This document shows positions 19,563 through 30,173 of a stretch of 64,000 nucleotides of DNA, in pieces; within the stretch, counting starts at the first letter, position 1, and each line of letters starts with the position of its first letter. A model generated the notes under the pieces. That model saw only the letters and a list, made by a program, of their open reading frames with translations. It ran no database searches and was not told the DNA's origin. The stretch is from Catajapyx aquilonaris (lineage: Eukaryota), in assembly GCA_000934665.2 (NCBI GenBank), contig JYFJ02000088.1:124001-188000 (forward strand). Direction: 5' to 3'. A program made the translations under genes and the position numbers.

Positions 19563-19970
19563 CTGGCAACCGCCGCAGCGTCCCCGTGCCGCTAATCTTC
19601 CCGCCGGCTAATTAGACACTGCCACACGCGTGCCGACGCCCCCCGAAAATCCCCGCTGCCCGCCCTTAGCCCCGCAGACCCGGCGGAGAAAGCCCGCAAA
19701 TCTCGCGCGGCGCCGCCGTGGCACGCCCAACATGACCCCGCCTACCCTGCGCCCGCAGCGCAACTCCTCGCAAGTCATCTGCCGCGCCGTGGACACGCCC
19801 ATCGCAACTTCTGAGTGGTTAGAATGGGGCCTATCCGGGGGGTTGCGGAGGGGTGGCGGCCAAAATGGACGCCGCCGGTGGCACAGGGCAGTTGGAAGGG
19901 GCTGGGGCACGGATGGCACGTGCGGGGCTCTCGCGGTGTTGACCTTTCGGGTGCGCGGGTGTCCGGTGCT
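19563..19970 (-). promoter_or_regulatory. GC/CpG-rich island; candidate sim promoter and non-coding first exon
   Basis: Sharp GC/CpG enrichment ~8 kb upstream of the sim ATG. Strong minus-strand donor CAG|GTAAGC at 19563/19562. ACGTG cores at 19378-19383 and 19541-19546. Confidence 0.45.
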
Positions 19971-22900
19971 GTGTGGTGATAAAAGGTCTTTGTTGTTTCC
20001 ACTGATTTGGGTTCTAATATTATACATATATTTTGTTATAACGTAACGTAATTAAACGGAAGTGAGGACAGAATTTGCTACTATCAGCAACATGAAAATG
20101 GTTGCAATTTATAATTATGATAAACATAACATGTTACAGTAATTTTATAGTACGTAAGTAATTGTCACTCATCGAGTTGCAGCTTCCTGCCTGATAAGTT
20201 TTAGCGGAAACTTCAATTGTTGCGATTGTTTTCTAGATTCCCCAGAGATATTGTCGCTGTTGTCTTTTTTAAATAATACATTAAAACATGTTTATCAGTC
20301 GTACATATGAAATCGGGGTGTTTCGTAATAATAGATATCAGCAATGTTCTAGGTTTAGGGTGAACTCCTGGTGACAGGATCACTGTCATTTTGGTCTCCG
20401 AAGTTTCGTTGCTGAGATAATTGGCCTAATGCATTATACCATCTTTCATAGCGGATATACTGTATATCCTGCGACACTTCCATCGTCTCCCAAAGCAATG
20501 CCTTCTAAGCGTAGGTCGCAATGCAAATGAAAGGTTCATTTGCATTACGATCTTGTTACGCGTAGCAGGCATTGCTTGGGAGACGATGGCAGTGCAAAAT
20601 AAATAAATAAAACATTCTGCAAAATGTTTTTTATTTTGCATTTCCAGTCCATTATCTCGATAACAAGGAAATGATATTTCTTCACAAAATCTTCTGGTCT
20701 TCACGAGTTCACTCTAGCCTATAACTCTCGGTATATAATACTGTAGTATTCCGCCTCATCAGATAGAGAAATAGTTCCAGATGATTGTGTAGCGTATACG
20801 GTACGTAAAAATTTTAAATAGGCCTACTCTACGTTCCGTATAGCCTACTTTCGGATTAATTTGCGTCCAGACAATCGGTTCAATTTTCAGAAGGGCTGGG
20901 GGTGAAAGTAATAATTGAGCAAAAATCTAATGGACATGGCTGCCGTGTAATTGTTCCCTAAATAACAAATACCGGATGTCAAACTTGCACGATTTCTCGA
21001 TAATCTATATGAATTCCTCGTTATTATTGCGTAATTTAATATGAGATGTGGCTCTGATTTGAAATCATCCTGATGTTAGTCTATATACTCGCGGCATTGC
21101 GGCTCTGACAGATTTTCTAATTTACAGGACAACCTTTGTCAACGCCTGGGGCATGGCTATAAGTATGAACTGTGAATAGACCGCTCACGGTGCGGTGTAT
21201 TAAAAACTTCGCGTTTATATCCTGCAGCTTTGTTAAAGTCCCTTTCCGCCAGTTTATAGAGCAGTATGATTATACTCATATGCATTCCCCATTATGACTG
21301 CAGCACAATTCAATTCGCCTCTTAATAATTAATATTACACACAACTGTAAAGGGCAGCCCATCATCGTCATCTCTATATTCTCAGTTCTATATACGTTTT
21401 ATAGACTTGGGCCTTGCCGAGAGATGAGCTGAAGTTCTGATTCACCCTGATGCTGCATATTGGCAAGCCGTTCAAATGTGTCCGCTTTAGACGATAAGGC
21501 GAACATCATTAATCCCATCCAAGCAGTGCAGCACGTGCAGAAGTGGAGGGTTTGCTGTGGAAATCGATGGCGATGCTGGGGACGCCCACAGAATATTGGA
21601 TGCTGCTGGGGGTGCTCGGGAAATGTTGGAATGGAGAAGGCGGCTGTGCTGGATGAAGATGATTGGCTCAGGATTAGGTTTTAGGAATGCATTAACGGAA
21701 TGATTAGCATCAGGTGACGGTATTTGCAAATCCAGCCATCTTTGTACATAAATTAATGGCAACAATAATAAATGACCAGAAATCCAGAATCTCATCAGTT
21801 TCAAAATATGACCGACAATCATCATGCAACAGTAATCATGATTTCATGGTATGCAATGCAGTTTTAAACGTCAATTGTTTGCTTTACATTTTAATTGCAA
21901 TTTATGCCATTTGGTGAGTGCCAAGCAAGGTGATTCTGATGAATGCAGAGAAATAGCTAAGGATTTTTTTAAAATAGTACTATATAGTCAAGCTGAAATC
22001 AATGAAGTACAGTAATGCGCTACGGACCTTTGGGATGGGAGGTGCCCCGCAGCCATGCCAACAATTAAACCTTGCTACATTTTGGTGTCAACTGCACAGG
22101 CTACACCTAATGACTGATTAGACCACTATTTTATCAGGGTACAAAGGAAAACAAATTACTCACCAACAAGAGTAGAAAACTTTATTGTCTTAGGAAGGCC
22201 ACAGATTACAGTAGAACGTAATTGTTCCAAAAATAATCTCAAATTGTTAGGGCTGGCTTTGTATCAACTCTAATTAAGGAGAAAATCTCTGATTATGTAT
22301 TGTGAATACCACACGTTATCAAAGACTTTTCTTAATTTGGATTGATACATCTGACCCCTACTGGTGCAAACATTCATGAACACATTTCCTTCGCAGGTGT
22401 AGTTGTAAGTAGAGTGCCGTTACAGTGACAATAAATAACTACCAAAGAAGTTGTGCAGTATTATTTGGAACGAATTTGACATGAACAACATGTCATGTGT
22501 ACATATCATCACTCCACCAATATAAATACGAAACGTTTGGATATCAATTATTATTGTCCCCACCCTCACAGCCATACACCATTGTGACTGTTTTATTACC
22601 AATTTGGATAGGTTCATATTAGTTCATATACTTTACCCTGCAATTAAAACAAATCATTGTAACTGTGACAATGCTGGCCAGTTGCACTAGAGCCAGGAAA
22701 CATTTTTTGACTGAAAAAGTGCCACAAAAATGGAAAGTCACTGTTGACAACAATGAATGTTTCCTGGCTAGGTTGCATCCATTCCTTTACACATACCAGG
22801 TGACAGCAATTCTGTGATGTAACTGAGCAAAAAGAAACATGGGAAATCAATTACAGTACAATAAGGCCATTCAACATCACTTGTGGAAACATTGAAGAAT

Positions 22901-23885
22901 TGCACAGAATTTCATGAATAGTGCACATATTGAAAGAAAATTCCACACCGTTACAATCATGCACTAAGTCATTATATCATATTTAAAATGTAAATTGCCC
23001 TTATAATAATGCCACAGCTCTTCATGACAAGAATAATTTGGATCACAAATGATCAACCACCAGAATATGACATTTAAAGCTGTGCCATTTATTTGAACAA
23101 TATTTTGTGACAGAAAAAACCCGTATCAGTTTTGCACTGGCAATGTAACCAATCCAAAATGCAATAGATCCATTGACAGGACCATTGTATCAGGCTGCAC
23201 AGCTATCAAGTACTACTTCAGTACACATGTTGACATTTTTGATGCAAAAAATTATTATGAGAAACACTGCAATAGAGATGGGTATCCGACTAGCACAATG
23301 AAAATGTGACACTAAAAATGGCTTGACTTAATAATTCTTATTGTATATTCAGAAGGGTAAAATGAGAAGACATGTTCTTGGCTGCACACATACTGTAGTT
23401 CCACTGAACAAAGTCTCTTAAAATGATTTATCAATCTGTTGTATCTGCATAAAAACTGTTACAAAAACATTAATGGTTATCACTTTAAAAACATTAACCA
23501 AGGATGTTCAACATAAACAAAATGTTTCATGTAATGAATCCTGTATTAATAATTTTAATCTTATTTGTTTCTTTCAAACTTGTCTTCTGTCTTTGGTCCT
23601 TGCTTTGGTCACAGGTTCAATCCTAAATAAAAGCAATAATAGAAATGGTTTGAAATTTGTATCCAAGTCCTTAAATTTTTGCACAGTAAATTACATGCTA
23701 CTTAGAATTCATGTCTCTGCACAAGTTACAAACAAATCGCACAGTATAGCATGTTGTACAGTATAAAATAAACACTAGTGATATGGAGTCATAAGATAAA
23801 ACTACAAATATTATGTGCAAATTGTGTACTAACAGCAGACTTTGTCTTTATTTTAAACCTTTGCTTCATGAGCAGTTTCAATATA

Positions 23886-24047
23886 CAGTTGAATCCGGAT
23901 ATAACAGACCTTGGTCATAACAGGCTGATTTCCGCAGAAACCAGTCTATTATAACGGAGACATGTTATAGCCGAATACACGGGCCTTTCGAATATGTTAT
24001 AACCAAAAGTCTGTTATAGTCGAGGCTGTTATATCCTGATCCAACTG
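23886..24047. mobile_element. pogo/Tigger-like MITE
   Basis: TA|CAGTTGAATCCGGATATAACAG ... CTGTTATATCCTGATCCAACTG|TA, with internal ATAAC/GTTAT repeats. Confidence 0.8.
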
Positions 24048-24345
24048 TACAATATTGTTACGAAGAAAAAAATTACAAATTTATCTATAATCAGTTAAAC
24101 CTTGCTAGGATTATTTTGAAAATATTTTTATTCAATCCACATTTAATATTTCCCAGCAGGCTTATGATATGTCAGGAGATAAAAGGGTAAACCAAACTGC
24201 TCAACAATACACAAGATGCCACAATACTTTGTCAAGCCTACAATAATAAGCGTCATACAATACTGCCACTCGGCAAAAAATTATCCTGTAAATGCAGCTC
24301 TGGCTATGAGTTCCCCTGGAATCATACTGGCATAGCAGTTGTTAT

Positions 24346-26334
24346 TTATGCTGCAACTTCTTCCTTAAGTTCTATTGGCTTATCAGGGTGGTTGTTGCTG
24401 GCCGAGTAGCACTTCCGACACACAGCCATGTATCTCTCAGCACCACCGACGATTTCAACCTGAAACGAGGATTGACAAGTCTGCAGGTAAGTAAGGGACA
24501 TCGAGGGAACATCTCGGAGCAAGCCACCCTACTATCAGCACTCACCAGGCTATTGAGTTCCATGACATTCTGGAAAATTCAATGAACGCTATGTAGTTCG
24601 AGCATTATGTTTTTGATGCCATAATGGAAAGTCAAGTACACTGAGCATGTTGCTTTAAACTCAGTCGCAACCGCAGCGGTTGAGCGTATAGTTGTTGATT
24701 TATTCAACACGGGTTGCTAGGTGAAGCGACTTTCGCATGGGGTGCCTTGTTTGATTTTGCCAGGCGAATGGTGGCCATCTTGGAATAACGGAACTAGGCA
24801 GCGAAAACATTGTTAAACTCAGTGAAGATTGACCAATCAGCAAGCTCAGCAGTGCTGACAGCGGCTGCGGCAGCTGCTGAGTTTAGCAACGTCCTCACTG
24901 CTTTTGTATCCTCAGAGTGACATATTTACATTAACACAGTGAATTTGATATTTGAGGGGGAGACGGAGTGGTGCCACGGTAACGTGCACGCACGCCCACG
25001 GATGTTCGGGTCCCGGGATCTAATCCCGCCCGGGGACACCCCCTTCATCCCGTGCAGAGTGTGGGTCGTCTCTGGCTTCGTGTCTGGGTGGAATATCCAA
25101 TAAACACATCCACCCGGGGGAGCTCACAAAATGACCTCGTATAGCAGTGCACTGCACATCCCCTCCTGTCATCCCGCCCGTGGGCCCGGGCGTTATCGCC
25201 AAAAAGGTTCCAAATTGTACTATCTTGAATAAAGGCTGTGCTGATGCCCGCAAGGGTGAGCACTAACCCACAATTTTTATTATTATATTATTAATTTGAT
25301 ATTTGCACAGGAAATATTTTTCATCACATGCAGGCACACTATAAATAATGACACTACAATGCTGGGGGTGATTACGAACAAATGAAGTCTTAGAATGCTA
25401 ATTATTGAATGATGTGCTCTGTCACATGTTTCAGCAAGATTTTCTGTTACTCTGCTTCATGAGCCAAACATCTCTTATTCTTAGTTCAAGATCATCGACT
25501 GGATGCATCAAGACAAGAGACCGCATTGTGGAAAAGAGTTGTTGAGAGTATAAATAGTTACATCTGTATACTTTACCAACACGAAACAGGCAAGTGCCTA
25601 ATTATTCCCAGCACAAAGGTCAATATAGGTTCTACCGCAAAGAGTGCTCTTACCGCTGTTTCACATCCAAGCCTCTTAGTGTAAGAAGCATCGCTAAAGC
25701 AAAGCATGCAGACAGCAGAGAGCTTGACAACATGCTCGGCCAGTGGCACCAGGCCCAAGATGTCATTGAATCCTTTGCGCTCAAAGGTACCGTCCAGGGC
25801 TGCTACAATCACCGTCTTTCCGCTTTGTGCCATGTCTTCGCAGAACTCCACTATGTCCGGAAACTGTAATATGAATAAATAAATCTTCAGTTGGCAGCGG
25901 AGGTCAAGGTCATGTGCAAAAGGTGGTGCCCTTAAAACCACAAATCCCAGCCATGCATGGGTCAACGTACAAACTGTCCCTCGTCGATCCCCAGCACGGT
26001 GTAGTTGCCTGCAATGGCCTTCATTGGAGCCAGAGTGAGGGTGGATATGGCATCAACGGAGAGCATGTCGTGTGTGCATATCCCGCTCTGGCTGTACCGC
26101 TGGTCCTTGGCGTGCTTCACCACCAGGCACCTGTGCTTGGCGATCTCGTACCTCCTCACCCTCCTCAGCAGCTCAGTCGTCTTGCCAGAAAACATGGGCC
26201 CGAATATGACCTACACACATGACCACAACTGCATTAAAACCAGACGCCGCACTTGATGCAACACACACACGCCATACCTGTATCTGTCCCTTCGGCTTGG
26301 TGCAGTCCTGCCCTGCCTTGCACACCCCCGACAT
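24346..26334 (-). CDS. TK1: Thymidine kinase 1, cytosolic type (~206 aa)
   Basis: P-loop [40 protein letters not shown] and Zn ligands VCMLC...VCRKCY. Exons 26278-26334, 25971-26210, 25654-25863, 24346-24459. Confidence 0.96.
24649..24890. mobile_element. Degenerate MITE-like inverted repeat in TK1 intron 3
   Basis: GTTGCTTTAAACTCAGTCGCAACCGCAGC mirrors GCGGCTGCGGCAGCTGCTGAGTTTAGCAAC. Confidence 0.45.
24955..25292 (+). mobile_element. SINE (probably tRNA-derived) with 13 bp target-site duplication
   Basis: TSD AATTTGATATTTG at 24942-24954 and 25293-25305. Degenerate A/B-box head, 3' stem-loop GTGCT..CCC-GCAA-GGG..AGCAC and TTA-rich tail. Confidence 0.8.
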
Positions 26335-26399
26335 GGCTTTTCAGGCAAGCGGGATCTTGCTGTTTGATCAAAGGAGCACCGGAGACAATCCGACAACGG

Positions 26400-26700
26400 G
26401 CAAGTAACGGCTGAGAGTGACAGATGACAAAACCGCGCCAAAATATCCAATCTGAAAGAAAGAGGACCAATCAGAGACGAGGCAGCTGGTCATGAAAGGG
26501 GCGTGGCCTCAACCGTCATGAAATTATCCGAAATTATCTTTGGATGTAATCTGTAATTACGACAATAGATTACATAATTATGAAATTGATTTCTGTTACG
26601 AATGCATTTCATTGATATGAATAAATGTTTGTTTTTTAAAATATGTGATTGGCCATGGATTGGTAGAGTTGCCAGATAGTACACGGCGGGAAAACACACA
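26400..26700 (-). promoter_or_regulatory. Candidate TK1 cell-cycle promoter (E2F, CCAAT, GC box)
   Basis: E2F-like CGCGCCAAA 26434-26442 and GGCGGGAAAA 26685-26694. CCAAT/ATTGG at 26447, 26467, 26648 and 26659. GC box GGGGCGTGGC 26498-26507. Confidence 0.55.
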
Positions 26701-27711
26701 CACACACACAAAAAGGAGCCCAGCTGGGACTAACATCGCTAACCACTAATTGCTAGCTTAATTATTTGCATTGTCGTCGGATTGTAGTGCAATTCTGCAA
26801 GCCCTAAATTCATAGACGTGTGAAATGATGTCACATTTGATGCGATGAAGATGTGGTTAAACATTTCCTTGAATGACAGTCCATGGTCACATGGCATGAA
26901 TCAGTCAGTGAGCGGCTGAAATTCTTGAAAGCAGCATATATGATTCACTCACCGTTACTCACTATGGTCATGTACAGTAATATGTGACTAACAGAAGTGG
27001 TCAAAGTTACAGTGCAAGCACAACGTGTGCCTTCAATGATTTTAATTGTGAAGTTTGGTAGATCAAACAATGACAATGTTGATGTCAGGTAGTCACAGGG
27101 TGTTACATACTCTGAAGCATATACTCGTAAAAGTGTAGATGCATTTCAGGTTGTCATAATTTGAAAATAAATGTGTGTAAATACACTATACAATTGCCTG
27201 GAATCTGTGTTGTGTAAGACAATATAAATTATCTGTAAATTTAATAACAAATTATAAGTACACTTACAGTTAGAGGGATCATTGTCTCCCAGACATTGAA
27301 ATTACCGACTTTATTATTAAATACCTCACTGCTCATGGATTTTCTGAGTGATTCTGCAGTTGCTGAAGTACAAAAATATAATCAGGGTATAATTACCGAG
27401 TTTTAAATTTGTCCAAGAATGCATGAAAATATCAGGTTTGTTTTTACAGGTTCTCTCTCACTACCTCTGTTGTTAACCTGTCAGCATGGTACGTTCATGT
27501 AAGGTGTGTACATAAAATATTTATGATTGCCAAACACATATAAATGAGTAGTTTATTTATCCTTTAGACTCACCAAAATCACTTAACAGTGATGACTTTA
27601 CAATCTGGAATTTCACAATATGTTTACTTCCCAATACATCAGAAATGAATATAATAAGTCAACCTCCTCCCCCGTTAACAAAAATTGATTGGAAATTACC
27701 AGGCACAAAAT

Positions 27712-30173
27712 TTACTTCTTCCCAATCCGAGATCCTTTCTTGTTAGGGGCACATTGGTTCTTCATAGCATCTCTCACCTCTGCACACGAAGATAAAAACT
27801 TTTCCTTCTGTGCAGACATGTCAGCCTTCTGAAAATAAAACAAAGTTAAATAAATAAATAATAAATTGCCTTATGGGCTGGGAGGACAGGTGACACTGGT
27901 AGGGATGGAGGAAATATTGAATATTTCATAATGGAATCATAGTGCATGCTCATGGACATAGGATCAAGACGAAACAACAGTTAAATACCAGCGACCATAG
28001 CCACAGAGAGAGAGAGAGAAAAAGCAATTTTAAACAAATTTCCACATTTTCTCACTTACCACACATGTTACGGCAGCTGCTGAACACAAGTTGTAGAAGT
28101 CAGCCACAGTCAGATCCTCTTCTTTCTTTCCCAGTTTAATCAACGGACATTGTGGTGCATGAGTTTTATGTTCCTCCCTGGAACATAATTAACATGCATT
28201 GAGGTATATACAGTAAGTATTGCACCATAACATATGAATGCCTATGTAATTCACAAATGTTGGAAAAATAATAGTGCCACTCAGCCATTTTCCTAACATT
28301 ATACACTTATGGGATGGTCACAATGACCAATTCTTTAAATTAGGAAAATAATTACATACCATACTCATCCTCCTTGCTAAAACTTGTGTACATTTGAAAT
28401 TAGACTAGCAGAAGAAAAGCAGATTTATGTCACTGAGTAATGCAAGTCTTCATAGTCAGCCATGAACCCACATACACAACGCCATGCAATGCTAACCCTG
28501 ATATCTGGCCCCTTCCTCCATCAGCACTTTGTAAATAACCCAATGAAATAACCCCTTCATTTTACACCACCTAAAAGCATTTTAGCTTGTAAGAAATTCA
28601 GCCGGAGGTGATCCGTCACACCATTTGCAAGACAGGATGCAAGACTTCACCTCACCATGGGTCATCTTCAGGATCCCATTCGCCCAACTGCTTTCCACAC
28701 ACGACACATTTCACCAAGTCTGGTTCCTTGTCAGTCCCCACGTACAGGAAGCCTGCTTCCGCTAGCTGAAATACAATACAACAACATTATTCTGAGATAC
28801 ATTAATAAGTACTCAAGGCCCTGCACGCATGTGTTTCCAGCTATTATTATCATTTATTATTTATTATCAATATTAACACTTCATCACCAACATGAATCTG
28901 CCACACATTGGCTACGACGTGGGGTCTTTAAGGTCCCCACGCGGTTTTCATTATTTTAAAAATATGACTTAATAGCACTAAGGCCTGCCTTTATTATCAT
29001 ATGTATGTGTGAAAAAATCGATCTCCTGTGACCATTAGTTGAGTCATAAGGGACTTGAGACTCCGTTACCACAGCTTCGTAGCCTTCCAGCTCGATGCCA
29101 TAAGTAATGGCTTATAACGTAAACATTCCCAGCTGCAGGGTCAGCAAGATTTTAGTTCCAAGTAATATTTATTGCTGGATAACAATACTGTGATGTGTCC
29201 TCTAAAAAATTATGTACATTGGCTACGACGTGGGGTATACCTGGACCCCAGGGACTACGCTTAGCAGCAAAAAAGTACCGGCAACTCGGCAAAAAAAAAA
29301 AATCTACTTATGTCAAAGTTTTTCATGGGCTCGAAGAAAGTATGCCTGCCATTTTTCATTTCATACCAAATTTATTAACCCTTAACTACGTAGGTGGCTG
29401 AAACACCTTTAACTACGTAGGTGGAGCCTGAGAGGCTCCAACGGTATATTTCAATTTCTGCTTCTCAACTAAATTGTTATATTGGACTTTTCACATACAG
29501 AAAGTGCAGTTCAGATCATTAGGCTTCCGATAACGTAAAAATCACACGCTGAGTCAGCATATTCCGACAGGGAAAAATTTTTATTTAAAAGGTTACATCA
29601 TGCTTGAGCCGCTCAGGCTTCACCTGCATAGGTAGAGCCAGTATAGAGTCCAGGAGGGACCTGTTCCTCGTTACGAATTTTTTTAAACCAAAGAATAGGG
29701 ACTAAAAAAATTTTTCTTTCCTTTTCATGCTTAGGAAGGTTTTTCTGACAAAGTCACGGAAGGACAGGGGAAAATAAAATTCAATGAAAAAGTTACATGC
29801 GTTTAAATAGTGCTTGGAGCCTCTCAGGCTCCACCTACGTAGTTAAGGGTTAATCGCGACGGTATTAAATACATTGTGGGGTCCAAAAAGACCCCACGTT
29901 GGTGGTTAAGGGTTAATATGAGAAGTACCATATTGGATTTTGTTCCTAATAATATTAGACGTAAAACTGAATCTCATATTTTAAATACAGGGCGTCCCAT
30001 GGCCTGAGCAGCATGGTCTCCCTTTGAAATAACACCCCCGAGAGTGCACCGACCTTCTGCGGCGTGCAGAGGCAGTCCTCCTGGAATGGCCAGTCCTTGA
30101 AGGAGTCCAGCCTGTGGTTCTCCAGCAGCCAGCGTGGGGTGAACGCACCATACCCAAACCCACCTTCCGCCAT
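27712..30173 (-). CDS. BIRC5: Survivin / deterin, single-BIR IAP (~154 aa)
   Basis: RLDSFKDWPF...CTP..LAEAGF...DLVKCVVCGKQLGEWDPEDDPWEEHKTHAPQC gives an intact BIR Zn site, followed by a C-terminal helix. Exons 30054-30173, 28656-28765, 28060-28177, 27712-27828. An alternative upstream ATG lies at 30215. Confidence 0.93.
28877..29912. mobile_element. Outer piggyBac-like non-autonomous element in survivin intron 1
   Basis: TTAA|CACTTCATCACCAACATG ... CACGTTGGTGGTTAAGGG|TTAA, with subterminal GTGGGGTC...CCCCAC palindromes at both ends. Confidence 0.7.
29379..29849. mobile_element. Inner piggyBac-like MITE
   Basis: TTAA|CCCTTAACTACGTAGGTGG ... CCACCTACGTAGTTAAGGG|TTAA, with subterminal GGAGCCTGAGAGGCTCC motifs. 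Confidence 0.85.

Noticed and set aside
19608..20046. Arg/Gly-rich ORFs of ~140 aa on both strands
   Set aside because: A by-product of the GC island with no recognisable domain.
21420..21825. Moderately GC-rich stretch with 74-112 aa ORFs
   Set aside because: No convincing splice model or family match.
23560..23625. Possible extra minus-strand exon downstream of TK1
   Set aside because: TK1 is already complete and no compatible donor was found.
25240..25265. Hammerhead ribozyme in the SINE 3' end (CTGATG...CCC-GCAA-GGG)
   Set aside because: It lacks the required CUGANGA and GAAA core; a simple stem-loop explains it.
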